The notes beneath the pieces are model-generated. The model had not been told where the DNA came from. It saw only the letters and a program-made list of their open reading frames with translations, and made no database searches. Source: Methanothermobacter thermautotrophicus str. Delta H (lineage in GTDB: Archaea; Methanobacteriota; Methanobacteria; Methanobacteriales; Methanothermobacteraceae). From it: a stretch of DNA of 32,000 nucleotides. Below are positions 9,442-17,654 of this stretch, in pieces; the stretch's first letter is position 1; each line of letters opens with the position of its first letter. The position numbers were made by a program, and so were the translations under genes. The DNA is taken from contig NC_000916.1 of the NCBI RefSeq assembly GCF_000008645.1, positions 1,650,001 through 1,682,000 of the forward strand, written 5' to 3'.

Positions 9442-10845
9442 GTGTCCATGATAAAGGAGTTTTTCATAGGAACCGAGATATCGCCTGCATATTACGGGGA
9501 GCTACTTGATTTCATCTACCGTTACTACCTCATCCCCGGAGAATTCACTGACATCAGAAAAGAGGCCCTCAAAATAGCTTTCAGGGCTTTAAGGAAGGAT
9601 GGGGTGATATACGGGGAGCTTATTGGAGGCGGGGACTTTAAACTGATCCTGGATTACCCCCGGAATCTTGAGGAATGGGCCCACTCAATATACGCGGATA
9701 TATTCACATCCATCCAGGTCTTTGAGGATGTCCTCCGGCAGCACACAATATACTTTGCCTGGGTGGAGGGGGAGGATATAATCCCTGAAAAACCCCCCAC
9801 GAGGAGGGGAATGGCGTCCAGGGGGATATTCGGAAGCAGCATGCTCCTTGTCTATGTACTGTTCTTCGGGGTGAACATAATCCTCTTCGTAATCCTTGGC
9901 TTCTATGCTGTTATCGCAATTCTCCTCATGCAGCTTGGAATAATCCTCCTCTCTGACAGGATATACGCGAGGATGGGGGAGTGGGTTCTCACAAAGGATA
10001 ATCCCAGCGTACACATAGTCCAGTTCCAGCTTCCAGAGGATGAATTCAGGTTCTTTATAAAGACAATGGGAGAAGATGCGGTTGTCAGGATAAAAAGGGA
10101 GATCTATGATGCTTCACTTGCAAATAAAAGGCCCCCCACCTGTGATGACGCCCGGAGTGTCCTGGAGAGGCATGGATTCAGATGCAATCCCCTTTATGAG
10201 AGGTCAAGGACGGTGAACCTCTACAGAATAGTTGAAAGAGCCGCATCAGCCTTTGGGATACCGGTACCGAAGGTGGTGCTTGCAAATACCATGATAGCAA
10301 ACGCTGCAGCAACTGGTCCAGGTCCAGGGAGGGGGCTGGTGCTTGTAACCACTGGCCTGGTTGTTCAGCTCACCGATGATGAGATCCTTGCAGTCATAGG
10401 ACATGAGATGGGGCACCTGGTTGGACGGGACCCGATCATACTCTTCAGCATAGTCTCAGCTGAGTTCATACTGAGGCTCACAGTGCTCCTTCCCGTGGTT
10501 ATCATTTCACCCATACTCTACATAATCGTTGCAATGGGCGTAATATTCTTCGTGGCAAAGTTCTTTGAGGCCAGGGCCGACCTGCTATCTGCAATGACCC
10601 TCGGTAAACCTGAGGTACTGGCCAGGGCCCTCAGGAAGATAGGTTACCAGAAACTTGCCCTGGAGAAAAGGGGATCACAGAGGATAACGGGCTGGACAGC
10701 ATGGGATCCTCATCCACCCATATATTTCAGGATAAACCGTCTCGAAAACCTCCGGGATTACAGGAACATTAAGAGCCCACTTCTTCAATCTGCAGGGGAT
10801 GTTATAAGGGGCCTGAAGGAGGCCATTCTCCACATGTTCTCCTGA
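9442..10845 (+). CDS. Peptidase M48-family membrane metalloprotease, HtpX-like
   Basis: Zinc motif HEMGH in LAVIGHEMGHLVGRDP, downstream EARADLLSA glutamate motif, multiple TM segments. Confidence 0.87.
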   Translation: MSMIKEFFIGTEISPAYYGELLDFIYRYYLIPGEFTDIRKEALKIAFRALRKDGVIYGELIGGGDFKLILDYPRNLEEWAHSIYADIFTSIQVFEDVLRQHTIYFAWVEGEDIIPEKPPTRRGMASRGIFGSSMLLVYVLFFGVNIILFVILGFYAVIAILLMQLGIILLSDRIYARMGEWVLTKDNPSVHIVQFQLPEDEFRFFIKTMGEDAVVRIKREIYDASLANKRPPTCDDARSVLERHGFRCNPLYERSRTVNLYRIVERAASAFGIPVPKVVLANTMIANAAATGPGPGRGLVLVTTGLVVQLTDDEILAVIGHEMGHLVGRDPIILFSIVSAEFILRLTVLLPVVIISPILYIIVAMGVIFFVAKFFEARADLLSAMTLGKPEVLARALRKIGYQKLALEKRGSQRITGWTAWDPHPPIYFRINRLENLRDYRNIKSPLLQSAGDVIRGLKEAILHMFS

Positions 10846-10876
10846 TCCCGGATACTGGACGTCCTTGAGGGGGGCT

Positions 10877-11242
10877 TCAGATTATCCTTGAGAGAATGCA
10901 TTCAACGTCTTCAAGTTTTATCCCCTCAGGTCCAGGGATTCCATACCTCCTGCATTTGTACTCCACTGATTCACGGTTCACGATGCATTCAAAGGGGTCA
11001 CTGCACTCATCATGGCTGTAGCTATCCTTTTTTCCGATTAAATCTTCGAGTTCAACTATGGCCTCCCTGATGAGATCCTCTGCATCCATTTCAAGGAGCC
11101 TGTCAAGGAAGTCGTTCTCCATGGACCTATCCTTCCCGAAAAATTTTTCAAAGGATCTCCGCTGCTGCATACCCTTGTAGATTATTATGAGTTTGTCCTG
11201 AAGTTCCAGTGCATCAATCCTTCTCATGTAATCATCCCGCAT
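10877..11242 (-). CDS. Conserved-looking small hypothetical protein (121 aa)
   Basis: Intact acidic ORF filling the gap between two genes, with the Cys-containing SHDECSDPFECIVNRESVEYKCRR. No family recognised. Confidence 0.6.
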   Translation of the reverse strand: MRDDYMRRIDALELQDKLIIIYKGMQQRRSFEKFFGKDRSMENDFLDRLLEMDAEDLIREAIVELEDLIGKKDSYSHDECSDPFECIVNRESVEYKCRRYGIPGPEGIKLEDVECILSRII

Positions 11243-11244
11243 GA

Positions 11245-11333
11245 TCCATCATCAGGTATTTTTAGCAACAAACCGCGGCTCATTCTCCTCACAACCATCA
11301 GCTGCTCCATCCATCACCAACTATTTTTAGCAA
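11245..11333. repeat. Imperfect direct repeat, 24 bp, 21/24 identical (11245-11268 and 11310-11333)
   Basis: tccatcatcaggtatttttagcaa versus tccatcaccaactatttttagcaa, start-to-start 65 bp, wholly intergenic. Confidence 0.7.
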
Positions 11334-11376
11334 TAGCCCCATATTAATATTGGACTTCAGTTTTTAGGGTGACATC

Positions 11377-11607
11377 ATGTACAGGCTTGAACTGGATAGA
11401 ACGATGTGCATATCATGCGGAAACTGCATTGACAGCTGCCCGGATCTATTTGAATTTGCAGATGATGGAATTTCATCCATTAAAGGTGTTGAAATTTCTG
11501 ATATCCAGGCACTTGAACTTGAGGATCCATCCTGCAGTGAAAAGGCTGCAGGTAACTGCCCGGTAATGTGCATAAAGCTTTACAGGGATGGAGAGGAGGT
11601 TCTGTAA
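11377..11607 (+). CDS. Small ferredoxin (4Fe-4S type)
   Basis: CISCGNCIDSCPD cluster motif plus downstream CSEKAAGNCPVMCI. Confidence 0.85.
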   Translation: MYRLELDRTMCISCGNCIDSCPDLFEFADDGISSIKGVEISDIQALELEDPSCSEKAAGNCPVMCIKLYRDGEEVL

Positions 11608-11629
11608 CAATGAGACGGGAGGCAAATTG

Positions 11630-12586
11630 ATGGAGGAGATTCCAGCATCCTATTTCAAAATCGAAGAATTCCAGTTTGAATCAGGAGAAAAAATCCAGGA
11701 GGCTCCCGTTGAGTACAGAACAACAGGGAAACCATCCCTTGATGATATGGGAGTAATAGATAATGCTGTTATATACATACATGGCTGGAGCGGGGACTGT
11801 TCATCAGTCAGGAGGATAGCTGCCCTTACAGAGCCGGGAGGGGCCCTTGAGAACTTCTTCGTAATCTCTATAAGCTCCCTTGGATCACCGGGATCAGCAT
11901 CACCATCCACAACAGCGATGGGAAAGGATTTCCCGGAATACACCATCCTCGACATGGTCAACTTCCAGAGGCAGTTCTTAGATGAAAAATTCGGGATAAG
12001 AAAGGTTAGGGGAGTTATAGGCACATCCATGGGCGGTTTCCAGGCCCTTCAGTGGGCTGCGGAGTACCCTGATGAAATGGAGTTCCTCATACCCCTTGTG
12101 ACATCATGGCAGGTGCGCGGTATAAACTATGCACTCTTCAGCTACATGAACCACCTCATCGAGGGGGACCCGGAATTCAGGGCAGGCACGAGGCCTGAGA
12201 GGGCACTTTCGCTGGCCTCAATGCTCATGTACCTCCACGGACTTTCAAGGGAATACTACCAGGGCCTCGAAAATGCTGAACTGGAGTCCTCAATGATGGA
12301 TATGGGTTCTGAGGGGGCCCTCATGGACCCCTATGACGTTATCTGGAGAAACAGGGCCGCCATGAAACATGACCTCAGCGGGAAACTGGAGAGTATCAGG
12401 GCCCGCACCCTCATATTCGGGGTGAACCAGGACCGCTACTTCCCACCTGAACTTGATACAATCCCGATGGCTCAACTAATACCGAAAGCAGAACTTGTCC
12501 TATTCGATTCAGAGTGCGGACACCTCGGGGTGAATGAGATAGGAAAATACAATGAGATCATAGTGTCCTTTATTGGTGGTGATTGA
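11630..12586 (+). CDS. Homoserine O-acetyltransferase (MetX)-like alpha/beta hydrolase acyltransferase
   Basis: Nucleophile elbow GVIGTSMGGFQALQWA, Asp in FGVNQDRYFPP, His in DSECGHLGVNE, IYIHGWSGDCSS. Start placed at ATG 11630 after a GGGAGG SD (track start 11588). Confidence 0.8.
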   Translation: MEEIPASYFKIEEFQFESGEKIQEAPVEYRTTGKPSLDDMGVIDNAVIYIHGWSGDCSSVRRIAALTEPGGALENFFVISISSLGSPGSASPSTTAMGKDFPEYTILDMVNFQRQFLDEKFGIRKVRGVIGTSMGGFQALQWAAEYPDEMEFLIPLVTSWQVRGINYALFSYMNHLIEGDPEFRAGTRPERALSLASMLMYLHGLSREYYQGLENAELESSMMDMGSEGALMDPYDVIWRNRAAMKHDLSGKLESIRARTLIFGVNQDRYFPPELDTIPMAQLIPKAELVLFDSECGHLGVNEIGKYNEIIVSFIGGD

Positions 12587-12683
12587 GGAGCTACTGAGCT
12601 GATCTCAGGATCAGTGGGCATGGTGTTCTGTGGGGCTTATTGATGATGATCTCAATCTACATAAATGATGGGTGGTGTTTTAT

Positions 12684-12962
12684 TTGAAGGTTAAGGTTGA
12701 AGATTTTGGCTTCAGGGAAGATATGGGTCTGAACTATGTACGTTACAGGGTCTCGGGTCTTGATGAGGAGCTCACTGAGAAGCTGATTGAGAGGCTGGAT
12801 GAGGACACTGAAAGGGATGACGGGGACCTCATCATAACAGTGTTCTATGAAAGGGAGTACTTCCCCTTTGGGTCTGAGGAGTCAAAGGTTAAAATGGCGG
12901 ACTTCATCGCAAGGGAGGAGATCGAGATGATGGTCTTCCTTTCAAGCGTCCTTGAGGACTGA
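12684..12962 (+). CDS. Small hypothetical protein
   Basis: ORF LKVKVEDFGFREDMGLNYVRYRVSGLDEELTEK... starts at TTG 12684, about 8 nt after a GGGTGG SD. The track lists GTG 12672. No family recognised. Confidence 0.65.
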   Translation: MKVKVEDFGFREDMGLNYVRYRVSGLDEELTEKLIERLDEDTERDDGDLIITVFYEREYFPFGSEESKVKMADFIAREEIEMMVFLSSVLED

Positions 12963-12997
12963 TAGGCATAAAAGCGAATTCAGGGGCCCTGCTCCTG

Positions 12998-13309
12998 ATG
13001 AACTGGATCATGCTGGAAAGGTGGAGGATGGTTCTTGTAACTGTTGATGAACTCAAAAAATCCCCTGAAGGATGGGAACTCAGACTTAAACTTATGATCC
13101 CTGATGAAATCAGGGAGAAAGCTATTGATACACTTGCAGATAAATTCAGGGACTACTCCTTCTTCGCCGGTCCCCGGGGAGTGGATGTTCTTGTCTCCTT
13201 CAGAATAACTGAGCCATGGGAGGATGAAACGGTTCATGAGGTGGTTGAAACAATAGTGGCTGAACTCTCATTATTTATAGATAAGATGGAGGGATATGGT
13301 GGTCTTTGA
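12998..13309 (+). CDS. Small hypothetical protein, overlapping the start of the downstream HIT gene
   Basis: Regular amphipathic alpha/beta-like sequence on the same strand as its neighbours, 14-nt overlap with the next ORF. Exact start uncertain (ATG 12998, or internal ATG before VLVTVDELKK). Confidence 0.55.
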   Translation: MNWIMLERWRMVLVTVDELKKSPEGWELRLKLMIPDEIREKAIDTLADKFRDYSFFAGPRGVDVLVSFRITEPWEDETVHEVVETIVAELSLFIDKMEGYGGL

Positions 13310-13739
13310 GGAATACGACTTTGGGGAGTATCTCTATGAAAGGGACCACTGGATTGTTTTCCTGGCACCCAACCAGAGCAACCTTGGCACATGTGTTGTT
13401 GCCCTCAAGAGGAATGAGAAATTCCTTGGGAACCTCAGGAAGGATGAGTGGGAGGAAATGCTTCGCATAATCTCTGAAATTGAGAATGCTGTGAAGAAGG
13501 AATTCGGGGCAACCATGTTCAACTGGGGGGTCCTCCTCAACTCATTCTACCGGCAGAACACCCCACCACCCCATCTGCACTGGCACTTCATACCAAGGTA
13601 CAGGGAGGAGGTCACAGTCAACGGTGAAACCTTTGATGACCCCTTCTTTGGTTACATGAGGCCCCGTCCACCAAAGAGGATATCAAGGGAAACCTTCCTT
13701 GAAATAGGTAGGAGGATACTCAGATGGATAAAGGTATGA
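13296..13739 (+). CDS. HIT-family protein (histidine triad nucleotide hydrolase/transferase)
   Basis: Histidine triad HLHWHF after NTPPPHLHWHFIPRY, plus LNSFYRQNT. Confidence 0.82.
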   Translation: MVVFEEYDFGEYLYERDHWIVFLAPNQSNLGTCVVALKRNEKFLGNLRKDEWEEMLRIISEIENAVKKEFGATMFNWGVLLNSFYRQNTPPPHLHWHFIPRYREEVTVNGETFDDPFFGYMRPRPPKRISRETFLEIGRRILRWIKV

Positions 13740-13787
13740 GTGCTCTGAAGGTCTGAGGGGACCCTTTCAGGAAATTAAAGGGCCGGA

Positions 13788-14201
13788 TTACAGTCGAGCT
13801 ATACGCTCCCTGAACTCCTTCCTGTGCCTCTTCTCCTCATCAACAATGTGCCTTAAAACACCGACAACCTCATCATCGTCTATTATTTTAATCTGCCTCT
13901 CATACTCTTCAATGCCCTCTGTTTCCTTCTCGATCTGCCTCTCAAGGCCCTCCTTTATATCTTCACCAACGTACTCCACTTCACCAAGCTCCATGGATGG
14001 CCTACCTCCCCTCTTTGTTATGAGATCAGCCAGCCACCACATGTGCCTCATCTCATCGACTGCAATGGCCTCGGTCAGGCGGCTTATATCGCAGTCCTCG
14101 ATGACAAAGGAATTGTAGGTGTACATCATGGTGGCCTCGAGTTCATGCCTGAAATCAATGTTGAGGAGTTCCAGTATTTCTTCTGTGTCCACGAGAATCA
14201 C
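13788..14201 (-). CDS. Ferritin-like/bacterioferritin-type di-iron protein
   Basis: Four-helix pattern with ExxH-type ligands: LNIDFRHELEATMMY, AIAVDEMRHMWWLADLI, HIVDEEKRHRKEF. An internal GTG at 14192 may be the true start. Confidence 0.75.
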   Translation of the reverse strand: MILVDTEEILELLNIDFRHELEATMMYTYNSFVIEDCDISRLTEAIAVDEMRHMWWLADLITKRGGRPSMELGEVEYVGEDIKEGLERQIEKETEGIEEYERQIKIIDDDEVVGVLRHIVDEEKRHRKEFRERIARL

Positions 14202-14363
14202 CCATATGATTTATGGTTTTTTTAGTTATTTATCAGTTATCCCATGCGTCTCTATCAAGGACATCCCTACTGAAGACTCAGGTAAAGCATCAGGGGTCTT
14301 CCGAAGTCCTATGAGCTCATTTTTTGAATTTTTAAAAGGTAATCTATAAAAAAAGGGAGGTGA

Positions 14364-16388
14364 TTAAAGTCTTCTGGCGGATGTTAAGCCTCCAAGAACC
14401 AGAAGAATGGATACTATGATCCCTGCTACCGGTGAACCGGTTCTCTCCATCCCCACAACGGTGGTAGTGTTTGTTCTGTTAGCAGGACCTGGAGATCCCC
14501 GAATAGTTACAGTGGTTTGAACGAGCTGGTAGTCTCTGGCGGTTACTGTGGCAGTACCGGGACCTTCATCAGCCCTTAAAACCGTAATGGCCATACCATT
14601 GGTCCAGGGGACTGTTATAGATTTACTGCCCAGGTTCCCCAGGCTGGTTGTGAAGGTCACCCGTGGGCCGCTGAAGAAGAGGGCGGCATCTGCACTGTGA
14701 TCACCGCCAGCCACATCATGGTAGACACTGGCGGTAATGGTTGAGGTTCCACCAGTGTTTATGGTGGAGGGACTTGCATCGATCTTCAGAACCAGCCATG
14801 GATAGTATTTTAGGGTTCCATTGCCAGGGAAGAATTTAGCGGTATCAGGACTGTTGGTACCATACCAGTTGTAGGAGGCGGTGGTGTTACTGTTTTCCAG
14901 CTGATGAAAGAGTCTGTCCAGATCGTCCCGTATGGGCTTCAGGATGGGTTCCAGTTCCGGATGCTCTTTAATGGCATCATCAAGTGGTTTAAGCATTTCA
15001 TCGATGCTGGGCCCGAAGTTGGAAAATAGAAAGTTCTGGATATAATATTCATAATTGGCGATACGGTTGTAGTTTATGGTCCCGTTAGGTGAGCAGATCA
15101 CTATACCTATCCCTGCGCCATCCCCTTCTATGTTGTTACCGGTGACCCTTGTTGTGTTAAAGCCTGCAGCCACCATGGAAACGTCACGGGTTCCATTTAC
15201 TCCATTTACCATGTTATGGATCATTTCAAGATGTGCCAGGGCAACACCCACAATACCTGCAGCCACACCAGGGGAGGTGATATCTGAAGCAATGTTATTT
15301 TTCAGGGTTGCATTGTTTAGGAGGCCCAGGCCTAACATGGCTACGGATGCACTGGCTTTGCTGATACCGGATACAAGGTTACCTTCCATTTTAAGGTCCC
15401 CGATGGCAACGATAACCATTCCAACTGCCTGTTGCCCCGCCACTATGGATGATATTATATTTTTGGATATTTCAACGGTTCCATTTCCCACTATGGCGGC
15501 TTCAAGCGCATAGACAGAACTGTTGGCAGAACCCTGTAAATTTAAGATCCTGTTACCTGATATGATGGCATTAACGCTGTCACTGACTATTTCCATTCCC
15601 ATAATGGCACTGAAGGCAGTTACACCGTCAATGATGTTCCCGGTAACCACTAAACTGGCCACACTGGCCAGCTCGGGGTTTCCACCGGCACCCTTGCTTT
15701 TTCCAAGCTGGAATCCGAATACGGCGCCATTAGAAGTGCTTATATTTGACAGGGTGTTCCCGCTTAGATTAAAACTGTCTAAAGTCCCGTTGGTGGAAAC
15801 AGTAACCCCACAGATGGTTCCCTCACCATTCATGTTTAATATGCGGTTTCCGGAAACCGTGAAGAAACCCTGGGAAATGTTAGCAAATATACCATTCTCA
15901 TAGGGACCAGAAATAACGTTATTTAAGATTGTGGTGTTGCATCCTGAAACAGCAATCCCTGTTTTACCACCATTAATCCTGTTATTTTCAATTTTACAGT
16001 TATCTGCACTTATATTAACCCCGACACCATGGGGAGGACTGTTTATTATGAACCCCCTTATTGTGCTTCCGCTGCCATCACCGGTCCCATCGTTTACCAG
16101 GGTGAATGCTGTGTTAGCAGGGTTTATTTCCACATCATCGCCGTTATTAGCCTGTATTATGAGTTTCTTGTTCACGGTAACATCCTCATGATAGGTTCCA
16201 CCGTGTACATTGATAACGTCACCCTCCAGGGTACTGGAATTATCAATTGCTGCCTGGATCGAGGTGTAGATCTGACCTGACCCCACATCCCACTGGGTTG
16301 CCGATGCATTACCTGCACAGAAAAGACAAATAGCAACCAGAAAAAGACCTCTATAAAATTTAGAACAGGTTTTCTTCAAATTCTCCAC
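14364..16388 (-). CDS. Secreted surface protein with right-handed parallel beta-helix (PbH1-type) repeats, adhesin-like, with a C-terminal Ig-like segment and hydrophobic anchor
   Basis: N-terminal signal peptide (GLFLVAICLFCAGNASA). Repeated ITGN/ISGN/IxxN rungs (GNTLSNIS, GNIIDGV, GNRILNLQG). C-terminal ATVTARDYQLVQTTVTI, then ERTGSPVAGIIVSILLVLGGLTSARRL. Confidence 0.85.
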   Translation of the reverse strand: MENLKKTCSKFYRGLFLVAICLFCAGNASATQWDVGSGQIYTSIQAAIDNSSTLEGDVINVHGGTYHEDVTVNKKLIIQANNGDDVEINPANTAFTLVNDGTGDGSGSTIRGFIINSPPHGVGVNISADNCKIENNRINGGKTGIAVSGCNTTILNNVISGPYENGIFANISQGFFTVSGNRILNMNGEGTICGVTVSTNGTLDSFNLSGNTLSNISTSNGAVFGFQLGKSKGAGGNPELASVASLVVTGNIIDGVTAFSAIMGMEIVSDSVNAIISGNRILNLQGSANSSVYALEAAIVGNGTVEISKNIISSIVAGQQAVGMVIVAIGDLKMEGNLVSGISKASASVAMLGLGLLNNATLKNNIASDITSPGVAAGIVGVALAHLEMIHNMVNGVNGTRDVSMVAAGFNTTRVTGNNIEGDGAGIGIVICSPNGTINYNRIANYEYYIQNFLFSNFGPSIDEMLKPLDDAIKEHPELEPILKPIRDDLDRLFHQLENSNTTASYNWYGTNSPDTAKFFPGNGTLKYYPWLVLKIDASPSTINTGGTSTITASVYHDVAGGDHSADAALFFSGPRVTFTTSLGNLGSKSITVPWTNGMAITVLRADEGPGTATVTARDYQLVQTTVTIRGSPGPANRTNTTTVVGMERTGSPVAGIIVSILLVLGGLTSARRL

Positions 16389-16547
16389 CTTCTCTGTATA
16401 AAATTATGTCAATGGGTTACATTTAATGCTTTGCACTGTATACTGTCTCTCTTTCTTTGAAGTGTTCTGAGAGGATCTTCAGGGGGGGGGCAGTAGCGGT
16501 GATTATATATTCTGTTCTGAGGATATCTTTTACAGGAGGAATGTTCT

Positions 16548-17651
16548 GTGGCATCTAAGGTTTACTTTGCAGACCTGAGGGCGAGGTCTGCTGATGAGAA
16601 TAAGGGGAGTAAGATAGGGAAACTCTTTGAGAGGGTATGTGCCAATCTTTTCTCAGAGGATGATGTGGTGGCTGTGAAGGTCCACTTTGGGGAAAGGGGG
16701 AATGATTCCTTTGTAAGTCCAGTGATTTTAAGGCATATTGTCGATAAGGTCAAGGATAGCGCCGGGAAGGTTTTTCTGACCGATACAAATACACTGTATT
16801 ATGGTTCCAGGCATAATTCAGTTGATCACCTTGTTACCGCAGTACTGAACGGTTTTGACTATGCGGTTGTCGGTGCTCCTCTTATAATCGCGGACGGACT
16901 CCATGGGGGGAATGAGAGGCTCGTGGAGGTGAATCAGAAGCATTTTGATACTGTGAAGATAGCGGGTGACATCCATGACTCCTCAGGGATGGTTGTGGTG
17001 TCCCATTTTAAGGGTCACGGGATGAGTGGTTTTGGAGGGGCCCTTAAAAACCTTGCAATGGGATGCGCAACACTCCATGGGAAACTGGAACAGCATGAGT
17101 GCGCAAAACCGGTTATAACAGGGGATTGTAACCTTTGCGGTGTCTGTGTGGAGGACTGTCCTGTGGAGGCCATCACTCTCACTGAAGATGGCGTTAAGAT
17201 AGAATATGATGAGTGCATAGCCTGTATGAACTGTATGGACAGCTGTCCAAATGAGGTTTATGATCTTAACTGGGAGGATGATGTGCCAGCATTCATTGAG
17301 AGGATGATGGAATATTCACTTGGTGCCATTAAAGGTAAGGAGGGTAAGGTTGCATACTTCAATTTCCTTACGAACATAACACCTGACTGTGATTGCGTGC
17401 CCTGGAGTGATTATCCAATCGTACCGGATATAGGGATACTGGCCTCCAATGATCCTGTTGCAATAGATGCTGCAAGTTATGATCTTGTGAACCAGCAGGT
17501 GGGCTTCAGGGGGTCCATCCTTGAGAAGAATTTTGAGGAGGGGGCTGATAAGTTCAGGGGTGTCTGGAGTGAGGTTGATTCAGGGTACCAGCTGGTTTAT
17601 GCCGAGGAGATCGGCCTTGGATCACGAAAGTACCATCTTGTGAGGGTATGA
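16548..17651 (+). CDS. DUF362-family protein with inserted 2x[4Fe-4S] ferredoxin domain; GTG start
   Basis: DDVVAVKVHFGERGN, SHFKGHGMSGFGGALKNLAMG (DUF362) and two CxxCxxCxxxCP motifs (CNLCGVCVEDCP, CIACMNCMDSCP). An AGGAGG-type SD lies upstream. Confidence 0.87.
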   Translation: MASKVYFADLRARSADENKGSKIGKLFERVCANLFSEDDVVAVKVHFGERGNDSFVSPVILRHIVDKVKDSAGKVFLTDTNTLYYGSRHNSVDHLVTAVLNGFDYAVVGAPLIIADGLHGGNERLVEVNQKHFDTVKIAGDIHDSSGMVVVSHFKGHGMSGFGGALKNLAMGCATLHGKLEQHECAKPVITGDCNLCGVCVEDCPVEAITLTEDGVKIEYDECIACMNCMDSCPNEVYDLNWEDDVPAFIERMMEYSLGAIKGKEGKVAYFNFLTNITPDCDCVPWSDYPIVPDIGILASNDPVAIDAASYDLVNQQVGFRGSILEKNFEEGADKFRGVWSEVDSGYQLVYAEEIGLGSRKYHLVRV

Positions 17652-17654
17652 TCA

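Noticed and set aside
12980-13237. 85-aa minus-strand ORF
   Set aside because: Antisense to the better-supported 12998..13309 ORF, with atypical composition and no SD.
14354-14420. Strong SD-like GGGAGGTGAT with nearby ATG on the plus strand after a possible TATA (ctataaaaaaa)
   Set aside because: The only downstream ORF is about 12 codons and lies antisense to the end of the surface protein gene. On the minus strand the same sequence is the T-rich tract expected of that gene's terminator.
14900-16250. Internal repetition in the surface protein gene as possible tandem DNA repeats or CRISPR-like array
   Set aside because: Repeats are at protein level (beta-helix rungs of about 20-25 aa) with divergent DNA, not regularly spaced identical DNA units.
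15076-16280. ORFs 15076..15513, 15523..15903, 15931..16191 and 16029..16280 on the plus strand
   Set aside because: Shadow ORFs antisense to the beta-helix gene. Their Pro/Leu/Ile-rich translations mirror the GN/GxGT repeats on the true coding strand, and they lack SD sites.
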